Assembly: GCA_902521955.1 (NCBI GenBank)
Contig: CABYTP010000003.1
Span: 5,910-69,909 of the forward strand
Direction of reading: 5' to 3'
DNA length: 64,000 nt
Source of the DNA: an uncultured Candidatus Actinomarina sp.
GTDB taxonomy: Bacteria; Actinomycetota; Acidimicrobiia; Actinomarinales; Actinomarinaceae
Position numbers and translations under genes: made by a program. The notes under the pieces were generated by a model that was not told the origin of the DNA, did not search any database, and worked only from the letters and a program-made list of their open reading frames with translations. Each line of letters opens with the position of its first letter. The first letter of the stretch is position 1. Of this stretch, positions 47,311 to 55,567 are shown piece by piece.

Positions 47311-48579
47311 TTATAAGTCGTTTATAAATGTATCTTGAAAACTCTGTCTATTTACTAACTCAACCACACCGCTATCAGTTACAGCAACTACTCCAGATTT
47401 GGGTACTCGGTTATAGTTACTTGCCATAGCAAAGGTATATGCTCCAGTAGATGTAGACATTAAAATATCACCAGATACAGTATCTCTTGGCAACATTGCA
47501 TCTTTGACTAATAGATCTCCACTTTCACAGTGCCTACCAGAGACAGCATGCACTACATCGTCTCCAGCTTTTCCACCTGAGATATTAAATAGTTTATGCT
47601 CACTTCCATACAGAGCTGGCCTTGGATTATCAGACATACCACCATCTACCAAAATATATGGCTTCTCTCCTCTATCATCTTTAATGGCTCCAGCAGTATA
47701 TAAAATGACTCCTGGATTATTCACTAATGCTCTACCTGGTTCAATCATGACCTTATATGATCCACTCCAGTGTTCTTTGATTCCTTCATGAATGGCATCT
47801 GCATAGACTTTTAGTTCGTGGTCTACTTCATCACCTGCATAGGGAGAGAAAAATCCACCACCGGCATCAAAGACTATTTCTCTTTCCACACTTGCTGGGT
47901 GAGCATTAAGAAAATCTGCACACTCGCTCATTGCTTTTTTATAACGATCTGGGTCTTTAATCTGGCTACCAATATGGACATGTACTCCAGAAAATAATAA
48001 ATGAGGGGAGTTGTAGATTTGTTGCAGAGCCTCTTCTGCAAAACCAATAGAGATACCAAATTGTTGGTCGTATCCAGAAGTTAATACCATCGGATGTGTC
48101 TCAGCTCCAACATCTAAATTAATTCTCATTATGACCGGTTGTTTTCTACCTAACTTGTTAGCAACCTCTTCTAACATTGGAATCTCAAAACGATTATCTA
48201 CTGAGATATGTCCTCCATTATGTTGCATGAAAAACTCAATTTCATCTTTATTCTTAAAGGTTCCGTTAAATAAAGAATTTTCTAACGTTCCAGTAACAGC
48301 TTGGACTGTTGCCATTTCTCCACCAGAGACAACATCTACTCCCCATCCTTTATTATCTAACTCTTTAACTAGGGCTTTACATATAAATGCTTTTGCTGCA
48401 TATCTAAAATAAGTATCTTCTCCAAATGCATTTGTAAAATGATCAATATTATCTTTTAAATGTTCCCAGTCATACACATATAGGGGAGTTCCATATTCTT
48501 TTGCAACGTCAAGTAATGAAGTCTCTCCGATAAAAGCGACCCCATCCTTAAATTCAAGGTTGGATGGTAAGTAATTCAT
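47311..48579 (-). CDS. lysA: diaminopimelate decarboxylase
   Basis: 422 aa. YAAKAF (PLP Lys), HVHIGSQ, DAGGGF, EPGRALV and CESGD motifs. Confidence 0.9.
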   Translation of the reverse strand: MNYLPSNLEFKDGVAFIGETSLLDVAKEYGTPLYVYDWEHLKDNIDHFTNAFGEDTYFRYAAKAFICKALVKELDNKGWGVDVVSGGEMATVQAVTGTLENSLFNGTFKNKDEIEFFMQHNGGHISVDNRFEIPMLEEVANKLGRKQPVIMRINLDVGAETHPMVLTSGYDQQFGISIGFAEEALQQIYNSPHLLFSGVHVHIGSQIKDPDRYKKAMSECADFLNAHPASVEREIVFDAGGGFFSPYAGDEVDHELKVYADAIHEGIKEHWSGSYKVMIEPGRALVNNPGVILYTAGAIKDDRGEKPYILVDGGMSDNPRPALYGSEHKLFNISGGKAGDDVVHAVSGRHCESGDLLVKDAMLPRDTVSGDILMSTSTGAYTFAMASNYNRVPKSGVVAVTDSGVVELVNRQSFQDTFINDL

Positions 48580-49343
48580 TTTTTTAAGCGACGTTTAATC
48601 CACGCAATATCTTTCTTCTGCGCTTCAAGTCCTCCAGGTGTTTCAACAATAATATCTGTTTTGCAATTCTTAATAACATATTCAAGCTCAGCCTTTGGAA
48701 TGTTTCCTTTTCCTAAGTTTTCATGACGATCTCTTGAACTCTCAAAGCCATCTTTTGAATCATTAAAGTGGACAAGGTCTATTTTCTTTGTAAGCTTTTT
48801 AAACCCCTTAACCGCTTCTTGTGTTGGAATACCTCCAGCCCATGTATGACAGGTGTCTAAACAAAGACCTACATTTAAATGCCCAATAACTTCCCATAGC
48901 CTCTCGATAGAATCCATATATCTAGCAACAGAGTTTTTTCCACCAGCAGTATTTTCTACTAATACTCTCATTCCTGTGTCTTCAACATGTTCTATAGCTT
49001 TTCTCCAGTTTTCATAACCTTCGCCAATATCTCCACCCTCACCAACGGATCCACCATGAACTATGACTGCTTTTGCACCAAATGATGCCGCTACTTTACA
49101 AGTATCTTTCAGTAATTTACGACTTGGATGACGTACTTTATTATTTGGTGTTGGCACATTAATTAAATATGGGGCATGAACATAAATTGGTCCTTCATAT
49201 TCTTGTAAAACATCGACATCTTCTCGAGGTTTTGGGCTTTTCCACATCTGAGGACTAGAAATGAATATCTGAAAAGTGTCTCCTTTTCTGAGTTTTATCT
49301 CTTCTACAGCATTTTTTGAGGGTATATGTGAGCCAATATTCAT
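48576..49343 (-). CDS. nfo: endonuclease IV (deoxyribonuclease IV)
   Basis: HAPYLINV, VHGGS, ENTAGG, CLDTCHTWAGG and HFNDSKDGFESSRDRHENLGKGNI match the Nfo metal-site motifs. 4 nt overlap with lysA. Confidence 0.85.
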   Translation of the reverse strand: MNIGSHIPSKNAVEEIKLRKGDTFQIFISSPQMWKSPKPREDVDVLQEYEGPIYVHAPYLINVPTPNNKVRHPSRKLLKDTCKVAASFGAKAVIVHGGSVGEGGDIGEGYENWRKAIEHVEDTGMRVLVENTAGGKNSVARYMDSIERLWEVIGHLNVGLCLDTCHTWAGGIPTQEAVKGFKKLTKKIDLVHFNDSKDGFESSRDRHENLGKGNIPKAELEYVIKNCKTDIIVETPGGLEAQKKDIAWIKRRLKK

Positions 49344-49511
49344 GAATTAAGTATATATCATTGAAATTATTCTATAAATGGTAAAGATAAAGATTTCAGT
49401 ATTAAACTTAAAGTAGACTTCCTTTCGTGCTTTGAGCCACTTCGAAAGCCGATAAAACAAAAATTACAGCCACAGGGAGTCTTTTTGTGTTTTTTAATAA
49501 AAAATAGTCTG

Positions 49512-49599
49512 GAAAAGTGAAAATCCCAGTTGATCTTGCGACCCTCCGGGATTTTCGAACTATCTTCTATTAGGTCTTGCGACTTCATTTCTGATAGTT
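49512..49599 (-). ncRNA. candidate small RNA, copy A
   Basis: Minus strand: -35 TTGCCA (49628-49633), 17 nt, -10 TATTTT (49605-49610). The transcript then has a CUAUC ... GAUAG stem enclosing GUC-GCAA-GAC. Next comes the hairpin AAAAUCCC-GGAG-GGUC-GCAA-GAUC-AACU-GGGAUUUU (49520-49555), followed by a U-rich tail. Confidence 0.5.
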
Positions 49600-49652
49600 A
49601 TATAAAAATACTCTAGTTTGGCTTATTTGGCAAGAAATTTTGATTAGTTTTT

Positions 49653-49660
49653 TTCGCGAA
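49653..49660. promoter_or_regulatory. TTCGCGAA palindrome 19 nt upstream of the copy A -35
   Basis: Exact 8 bp palindrome in the context AAAAGTTCGCGAAAAAAA (minus strand). Confidence 0.45.
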
Positions 49661-49704
49661 CTTTTATACATGAAATTTATAGAATTTGGAGATATTTACT
49701 GCCA

Positions 49705-49793
49705 GAAAGCAAAAATCCCAGTTGATCTTGCGACCCTCCGGGATTTTTTATTCTATCTTCTTTTCAATCTTTCGATTTCTTTTCAGATAGTGT
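49705..49793 (-). ncRNA. candidate small RNA, copy B
   Basis: Minus strand: -35 TTGCGT (49823-49828), 17 nt, -10 TATATT (49800-49805). The transcript has a CUAUCU ... AGAUAG stem enclosing AAUC-GAAA-GAUU. It then carries the same 36 nt hairpin as copy A (49711-49748), followed by UUUUUGCUUUCU. Confidence 0.5.
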
Positions 49794-49847
49794 TCTATAA
49801 ATATACGTTAGTTTTTGTTCTTACGCAAGATATTTACTAATGTATTT

Positions 49848-49855
49848 TTCGCGAA
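49848..49855. promoter_or_regulatory. TTCGCGAA palindrome 19 nt upstream of the copy B -35
   Basis: Exact 8 bp palindrome in the context AAAACTTCGCGAAAAA (minus strand). It abuts the stop codon of the upstream ORF at 49859. Confidence 0.45.
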
Positions 49856-49858
49856 GTT

Positions 49859-50308
49859 TTACTCTTCTTCTGGCATATTTACTGTGCTCATAAGCGCATC
49901 TATTTCAGCTACTGACACTTCGGCAATTTGGACATTGTATGTTTTATCACTAAACGTAAATTGAAGGAAGTTGTCTTCTTTCATCTCTATAGTTGAAAGC
50001 TCTGATATATCTTTTACGACTGAGAGTACTTTTTCTTTTGTTCTTAAAACTATTTTGGAGTCAATTATTTCAATTACTGGAAGAAAAATACTTTGTACTG
50101 TCACAACTAATTGCAGAATCCCTAAAAAAAGTATTGTGTAGTAGAGATACTCTTCTCGAGCATTGGAACCAAATTCCTGTAAATCAAAATACTGTGATAG
50201 ATATTCCCTAAAAGGACCAGATGTCATATTATCTAAGGCAATATAAGAGAGGGCGATACCAGATAAAAATGGTCTCAGCTGTTTTTTTCTATCTCTATAC
50301 AATTGCAT
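49859..50308 (-). CDS. hypothetical membrane protein
   Basis: 149 aa, two central hydrophobic helices and a soluble C-terminal domain. No motif recognised. Confidence 0.4.
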   Translation of the reverse strand: MQLYRDRKKQLRPFLSGIALSYIALDNMTSGPFREYLSQYFDLQEFGSNAREEYLYYTILFLGILQLVVTVQSIFLPVIEIIDSKIVLRTKEKVLSVVKDISELSTIEMKEDNFLQFTFSDKTYNVQIAEVSVAEIDALMSTVNMPEEE

Positions 50309-50358
50309 AATTTTTTTCTTTCAGTATCAGAATAACCTAAATTCGCTATTGTTTTGGT

Positions 50359-51054
50359 ATGGAAATTGTACTGATTCGACATGGGCAACCTGCATGGATA
50401 GTTGAGGATGAATACAGAAGAAACCCTGGATTAACTGAGCTTGGTAAGGTGCAGTCACAAAAATCTGCCTCAGTTTTTTTAGAAAACAGCATGGATGAGC
50501 TTTGGGTATCTCCGTTAAATAGGGCTCAAGAAACACACACTCCTTTTAAAGAGAGAAATATAGCAAAAAATATTATCACTTATGACTGGCTTCAGGAGAT
50601 GGAAGATCCGGAAGAAGTAGCACTATATGGAAAATCAAATGATGAGATTATGGCTTTTTTTGAGAAGAGGAATAGTCAGTCTTTTGAGGAATGGTCAAAA
50701 GGAAGTCATGGGCAGTATATGGAAAATTTTAAAAATAAAATTATCCCCAACCTTGATAGTGAGTTAAAAAGTAAAGGGATTACCTCCATTGATGACACCT
50801 ATGACAGAATGTTTGATATAAGTACCTCAAATCTTGAGAAGATAATGATTATTTCACATGCTGGAACAATGTCTGTTCTGCTTTCATATTTCCTAAATAT
50901 GCCCCTATATCCCTGGACATGGAGGAAGTTTTTACCAAGACACACCGGTCACACGACATTAAAATCTAGCAAAATATCTGGAGGACACTTCTTCAGACTT
51001 AAAGAATTTAACAATGTCTCATTTACAGACGATGACGGAGAGCAAACATACTAA
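50359..51054 (+). CDS. histidine phosphatase (phosphoglycerate mutase) family protein
   Basis: N-terminal VLIRHGQP (RHG catalytic motif), SPLNRAQET and ISHAG. Confidence 0.7.
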   Translation: MEIVLIRHGQPAWIVEDEYRRNPGLTELGKVQSQKSASVFLENSMDELWVSPLNRAQETHTPFKERNIAKNIITYDWLQEMEDPEEVALYGKSNDEIMAFFEKRNSQSFEEWSKGSHGQYMENFKNKIIPNLDSELKSKGITSIDDTYDRMFDISTSNLEKIMIISHAGTMSVLLSYFLNMPLYPWTWRKFLPRHTGHTTLKSSKISGGHFFRLKEFNNVSFTDDDGEQTY

Positions 51055-51075
51055 AGTAGAGATATAAGGTCTACT

Positions 51076-51741
51076 GTGCAAACAAGAATTCTTCCAGATA
51101 TAAAAATTAGTCACTTAACTCCAGTTAAAAAAAGGTTTTTTCTTAAATACTTAGCAAGATTTCTACTACTTTTTGAAAGCGTAAAGCCAGTTGGAAGTTT
51201 TTTAGATAATAAACGAGTTGTACTAGTAGCTGCACCGCATCAGTCTGGAAAAGACGAATATTTGATGGCTTTGATTATTTTAGCTTTAGATGTGGATGTC
51301 TGTTATTTATCAGCAAAGTGGACTATGAGAAAATTACCAAATCCCTTTTCAAAGTCAAAAGATATTGACGATCAAGGTATTAATTGGCCACTTGGATGGT
51401 TGCAAGAAAAAGCATTTAGAAGCTTCGGTGCAATTCCAGTAGATAGAAAAGGTAATAGTGGTCAGTACTCTGCAGTAATAGAAGAGCTAAGAGCTAGAGA
51501 ATCTTTTTTGTTAATAATTACTCCAGAAGGTAGATTCGATGCAACAAGATTTAGAACAAGTTTTCTTTACCTTGCAAAAGAGTTGGATGCTGAAGTGATG
51601 CCAGTACAAATAGACTATGAGAACAAAAAGCTAAATATTTTATCATCTTTTAATATAGATGGAGATACTGAGGATGTGATTCAGAGACTTCGACTACAGT
51701 TTGATGGTGTGCGAGGAAAGAACAGTAGATTTAAAGCATGA
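51076..51741 (+). CDS. PlsC-like acyltransferase (paralog of 41416-42081)
   Basis: 221 aa, GTG start. AAPHQSGKDE (HxxxxD), FGAIPVDR and ITPEGRF motifs. Same length and block order as the ORF at 41416-42081. Confidence 0.55.
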   Translation: MQTRILPDIKISHLTPVKKRFFLKYLARFLLLFESVKPVGSFLDNKRVVLVAAPHQSGKDEYLMALIILALDVDVCYLSAKWTMRKLPNPFSKSKDIDDQGINWPLGWLQEKAFRSFGAIPVDRKGNSGQYSAVIEELRARESFLLIITPEGRFDATRFRTSFLYLAKELDAEVMPVQIDYENKKLNILSSFNIDGDTEDVIQRLRLQFDGVRGKNSRFKA

Positions 51742-52547
51742 TGGAAGAGAAGTTATATAACCTAATCCAAGAGCGAGGACCTTGGCTTCTTAAAAAGAAC
51801 TTGGTATCGAAATCAATATTCAGCTTTTTAAAAAACTATCTTAAATTTGAAGAAACAATATTTGTGGGTAATCATATTCAGACAATGACTGGGCCAGAGG
51901 CATTTACCTGGTTAGGAAGTGAATATACAAGTAATTGTGAGGTTAAAGGTTTAGAGAATATTCCTGAAGATGGAAAATGCTTGATTGTCTCGAACCATGC
52001 AATGGGTGCAGCAGATGCTATTGCTCTCTACTATCAAATTTGTAAAGTACGACAAGATAGTTTCTTTTTTGCAAATGAATTATTTGTGTACCTCTTAGGT
52101 GCTTTTGATGAAGTTATAGCTCCAGTAGTTTGGAATAAAGAGAAAGAGACACACAGTGCTAATAAAACTACCCTCGGAAGAATTAAAGTATTTTTTGATG
52201 CTGAGAGACCTGGAATTATATTCCCCTCTGGAAGATTATCTAAGCTAACATTATTTGGCTTAAGGGATAGGCCTTGGGAGAAAACCCCAATAACTCTTGC
52301 TAAAAAGTACAACTTCCCTCTTGTTCCGGTTTATGTAAAGGGAAGAAACTCTTGGTTTTACTACTTTGCATCATTTGTCAGTAAACAGTTACGAGATGTG
52401 TCACAACTGAACGAATTATTTAACAAAAGAGAGACAAAAATTAAAATCAAAATTGGTAAGCCAATTAGAGTCTCCACCTTAAGCGAAAATAATGATACTG
52501 CAATTAAAGAGCTTAGGGATAAAGTTGAACGTTTAAGGAAATTTTAA
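51738..52547 (+). CDS. lysophospholipid/PlsC-superfamily acyltransferase
   Basis: 269 aa. VSNHAMGAADA (NHxxxxD) and IFPSGRLS (PxG block). 4 nt overlap with the previous acyltransferase gene. Confidence 0.5.
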   Translation: MMEEKLYNLIQERGPWLLKKNLVSKSIFSFLKNYLKFEETIFVGNHIQTMTGPEAFTWLGSEYTSNCEVKGLENIPEDGKCLIVSNHAMGAADAIALYYQICKVRQDSFFFANELFVYLLGAFDEVIAPVVWNKEKETHSANKTTLGRIKVFFDAERPGIIFPSGRLSKLTLFGLRDRPWEKTPITLAKKYNFPLVPVYVKGRNSWFYYFASFVSKQLRDVSQLNELFNKRETKIKIKIGKPIRVSTLSENNDTAIKELRDKVERLRKF

Positions 52548-52552
52548 ATAAA

Positions 52553-53557
52553 CTAGTTTACTACTTCACCAGAAGTTGGACTTACTCCTAGATTTCCTAA
52601 CATATAACCAAATAATAATGGTGTGGTAACTAAGCCCCCAAGGCCATAGAAACGCCATGTTAGATCTATTTCGTTTATTGATGAAAAAACTAATAAATGC
52701 AGGACAAAAACAAATCCATAAGAGCCGGCAACTAACGCTGCACTTATCTGAATTTTTCTATCGTGGTTAGTTGTTTGGTACCAATTAGTAATTTGATAAA
52801 TGAGTACCGCCATGATTAATCCAGAAATACAAATCAAAATAGTACGATCAAACTCACCAAGGCTTGGGTTTATAGAGATATATAAAAAAGAAACCAGATA
52901 AATAGTAGACATTTGTTTTGCTGTAACTTTGAATCGAATTATATAGACAAAGATAAAACTAGCTAACATTGCTTGCAAAATAACACTTCCCGCAGCAAGT
53001 TCATCCTCTCTATCAATAAAAGACCATATATCTAAAAATGGATTTATAAAAAGTGTGATAAACATGACCAATCCATAACTTGTTGCTGCTGAAAAAATTG
53101 CTGCATTGTCTAATTTCTCTTTTGATGGTCTTGCTGTGAAAACATAGTCCAACATTAAAAATGAACCTAGGAATAACATGAGATGTGATGGTGTGATTAA
53201 AGGTTCAACCCCTGTTTCGATTCCAAAAAGAGTATGCCAAATTGCGTCTGAAGCTCCTCCGATGCCAAAAACTACAGCACCTAAAACACCGACATCAACT
53301 TTATAATCTTTCATATTATTTTTTATGTACATGGCTACTAAAACTGAAAAAGCATAGCCTGAGTACAGTAGAGCATGCCAGGGAGTGAAAAAAGTTTCTA
53401 TATCGTCGATAAGGTAAGTGTGGGCACTTGAATCAATCCAGGCGCCTGAAAAAAACCAAATCATTGAAAAAATTAATAATCTTCTATGATTTTTATCAGT
53501 GATTGGCGTTGGTGATAATTTATTAAACATGTTGTATCTTTTCTTTATTGTAAACAA
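52553..53557 (-). CDS. hypothetical polytopic membrane protein
   Basis: 334 aa, about 9 TM helices with several conserved-looking His (AHTYL, WHALL, WHTLFG). No family assigned. Confidence 0.4.
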   Translation of the reverse strand: MFTIKKRYNMFNKLSPTPITDKNHRRLLIFSMIWFFSGAWIDSSAHTYLIDDIETFFTPWHALLYSGYAFSVLVAMYIKNNMKDYKVDVGVLGAVVFGIGGASDAIWHTLFGIETGVEPLITPSHLMLFLGSFLMLDYVFTARPSKEKLDNAAIFSAATSYGLVMFITLFINPFLDIWSFIDREDELAAGSVILQAMLASFIFVYIIRFKVTAKQMSTIYLVSFLYISINPSLGEFDRTILICISGLIMAVLIYQITNWYQTTNHDRKIQISAALVAGSYGFVFVLHLLVFSSINEIDLTWRFYGLGGLVTTPLLFGYMLGNLGVSPTSGEVVN

Positions 53558-53608
53558 TTGTTTAACTTCTTATTCTAGAAATTATTAAAACTGTTTTAGA
53601 ATTTATGC

Positions 53609-54775
53609 ATGAATGAAAATAGTTTTTCAAGAACTTTAACTTTAAAAAACTCCATTTACTTAGGTTTGAGTTCGATGATTGGTGCAGGATTGTTTAACAA
53701 TATTGCACCAACTGCAAAGGTAAGCTCATATTCTGCAATTCTCGGTCTGCTGTTAGCATCTACTATTGCATTTGCTAATGCATCATCATCTGCTCAACTT
53801 GCATCGCTCTATCCTCAAACTGGAGGTACGTACTTATATGCAAAAAATGTCCTTGGAAATAGTGCTGCAAACATTGCAGGAATTGTATTTATCATTGGAA
53901 AAACGATTAGTTGTATAGCGATTGCTTTAACTCTTGGAAACTATCTTTCACCTGTAAATAGTAAAGAATTCGCTGTTTTGTTGTCTTTCGTTGTGTTTTT
54001 GATAGGTTTTACAGGAATTCATAAAACAGCAAGAATTGCAAAATGGTTTGTTTGGATACTTTTTGGATTATTAGCTTTTTATACCGTATCAATACTCATA
54101 ACACCTGGAGTACGTTTCAATATACCTATCACTGATCGGTTTTCTATAAATAGTCTTTTATTATCAGGAAGTATTTGGTTTTTTGCATTTACGGGCTACT
54201 CGAGATTAGCTACCTTTGGTGAAGAGATAAAGAATCCAGAAAAGATTATTCCAACCGCTATTTTTACTGGTCTTGGAATAACCGTACTTTGCTATTTAAT
54301 AATTAGTTGGGTTACCCTCTCAATAGTTGACCCTGAGATAATAATGAACTCAAAGACTCCTTTACTAATCGCTATGGATCTCAGTGCTATGTCTGAATTT
54401 TCTTTTTTAATTATATTTGGATCTTCTATTGCAATGACTTCAGTCTTCCTTGCATTAATGCCCGGTATTAGCAGGATATATGTTGCGATGGCAAGAGACG
54501 GTATTCTCCCAAGAGCTTTATCTACTATCCATAAAAAGTATAACTCTGCATATATTTCAGAAGTATTAGTTTTGGTCACAGTGATTATTGGGATATATCA
54601 ACTCAATGTCATAGATTCTATAAAATTAAGTTCGTTTTTTATTTTGATTTACTACTCAATAACAAACTTGTCAGTAATTAGGCTGGAAAAAGAGCAAAGA
54701 ATTTACACAGTTGTAATTGCTTACTATGGCCTGATTGTGTGCATTGTTTTTGCATGTTCGCTTTTGTTACTGTAA
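53609..54775 (+). CDS. APC-superfamily amino acid/polyamine permease
   Basis: 388 aa, about 11 TM helices. N-terminal GLSSMIGAGLF and FAFTGY motifs. Confidence 0.75.
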   Translation: MNENSFSRTLTLKNSIYLGLSSMIGAGLFNNIAPTAKVSSYSAILGLLLASTIAFANASSSAQLASLYPQTGGTYLYAKNVLGNSAANIAGIVFIIGKTISCIAIALTLGNYLSPVNSKEFAVLLSFVVFLIGFTGIHKTARIAKWFVWILFGLLAFYTVSILITPGVRFNIPITDRFSINSLLLSGSIWFFAFTGYSRLATFGEEIKNPEKIIPTAIFTGLGITVLCYLIISWVTLSIVDPEIIMNSKTPLLIAMDLSAMSEFSFLIIFGSSIAMTSVFLALMPGISRIYVAMARDGILPRALSTIHKKYNSAYISEVLVLVTVIIGIYQLNVIDSIKLSSFFILIYYSITNLSVIRLEKEQRIYTVVIAYYGLIVCIVFACSLLLL

Positions 54776-54780
54776 TTAAT

Positions 54781-54802
54781 AAACCGAGATAAATCTCGGT
54801 TT
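54781..54802 (+). terminator. hairpin terminator after the permease gene
   Basis: AAACCGAGA-TAAA-TCTCGGTTT, a 9 bp stem beginning 3 nt after the stop. The U tract is weak. Confidence 0.45.
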
Positions 54803-54920
54803 ACTTTCAGTGACCTGTAAAAGCTTCCCCCAAAGCCTTTACCAAGTTTTTATAGAAGAATAATTCTCCCCACTTGTAATTATATAAATTACATATACCT
54901 TTTTCTGCATTTTGCCAATA

Positions 54921-54980
54921 TTTTCACAATCAATATATTTTTGTGAAAATTTTGTCACAAAGTTTAAAGATTGTGAAATC
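54921..54980. promoter_or_regulatory. cluster of TTGTG/CACAA inverted repeats upstream of the SRPBCC gene
   Basis: TTTTCACAA (54921-54929) and TTGTGAAAA (54941-54949) form a perfect 9 bp inverted repeat. TTTGT-C-ACAAA is an 11 bp palindrome at 54951-54961. A further TTGTGAAAT lies at 54971-54979. Confidence 0.35.
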
Positions 54981-55036
54981 TAAATTAATTAATTTATTGT
55001 TTTTAGTTTTTTTTAAAAATATTTTATTCTAAATTA

Positions 55037-55528
55037 ATGAATACTTTTAGTTCACAACATAGCCAAGTTTTTTCACAAAACGTTTCTGAATTATGGAGTG
55101 CAATATCAATAGAAAATAATTTGAACGATACTCATCCTTTTTGTAAAGAAAATAGATCTATTGAGTGGTCAGGTGATGTACATAAAGATATTCTGGTCTA
55201 TCTAAATGGAACGACTTATGTAAGAGATTTTTCAGAGTGGTTTGAAGGTAAGGGGTATAATTTATGGATTGGTGAAGATGGCGGACCAAAGTCATATGTA
55301 GAGTGGCGAATAAAAGAGCATGCTAATGGTTCTGAGTTATCAATAACGGTGTATCCACATTTATTAAGTAAATGGCCAAAAACACTAGCTTTTATACCTT
55401 TTTGGGTATATATCAATCCAAAACTAAGGTCGTATTTAAAATCTGTTCTTAAAGGGTTCAAATGGAATCTTGATAAAAATACTACTGTACCAAGAAACCA
55501 GTTTGGAGAACACTCCTGGTTTTCATAA
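55037..55528 (+). CDS. SRPBCC-superfamily (polyketide cyclase/START-like) protein
   Basis: 163 aa. The length and alternating beta pattern with a long C-terminal helix fit SRPBCC. No catalytic motif recognised. Confidence 0.4.
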   Translation: MNTFSSQHSQVFSQNVSELWSAISIENNLNDTHPFCKENRSIEWSGDVHKDILVYLNGTTYVRDFSEWFEGKGYNLWIGEDGGPKSYVEWRIKEHANGSELSITVYPHLLSKWPKTLAFIPFWVYINPKLRSYLKSVLKGFKWNLDKNTTVPRNQFGEHSWFS

Positions 55529-55567
55529 ATTATTTTTCATCTTCACAGCCACATTCTGGACAAAACA

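Larger units (their letters stand above)
49512..49860. repeat. tandem direct repeat, period about 192 bp, about 1.8 copies
   Basis: An identical 36 nt core AAAATCCCAGTTGATCTTGCGACCCTCCGGGATTTT occurs at 49520 and 49712. Diverged but alignable flanks end in TTTTTCGCGAA(C/G)TTTTA at 49648-49666 and 49843-49861. Confidence 0.85.

Noticed and set aside
49344-49511. Lysine riboswitch upstream of nfo-lysA
   Set aside because: There is no recognisable L-box core or multi-stem junction. I found only a short CTTTCG ... CGAAAG inverted repeat. In addition, nfo rather than lysA is the first gene.
49367-49840. Track ORFs 49367-49588 (minus, 73 aa) and 49640-49840 (plus, 66 aa)
   Set aside because: They run through the tandem repeat, hairpins and promoter-like elements. 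They have odd compositions (Lys/Phe/Cys-rich, no start context). They are better explained as chance ORFs in noncoding DNA.
49512-49860. Possible CRISPR array or tRNA-Sec in the repeat region
   Set aside because: There are only two copies with a period of about 192 bp, and the alignable flanks are not unique spacers, so it is not CRISPR-like. The GGGATTTTCGAA stretch superficially recalls a T-loop, but no cloverleaf, long variable arm or UCA anticodon loop can be drawn.
54941-54958. Canonical CRP/GlxR site TGTGA-n6-TCACA
   Set aside because: The TGTGA and TCACA cores here are separated by 8 nt, not 6. I therefore report it only as an unclassified inverted-repeat cluster.
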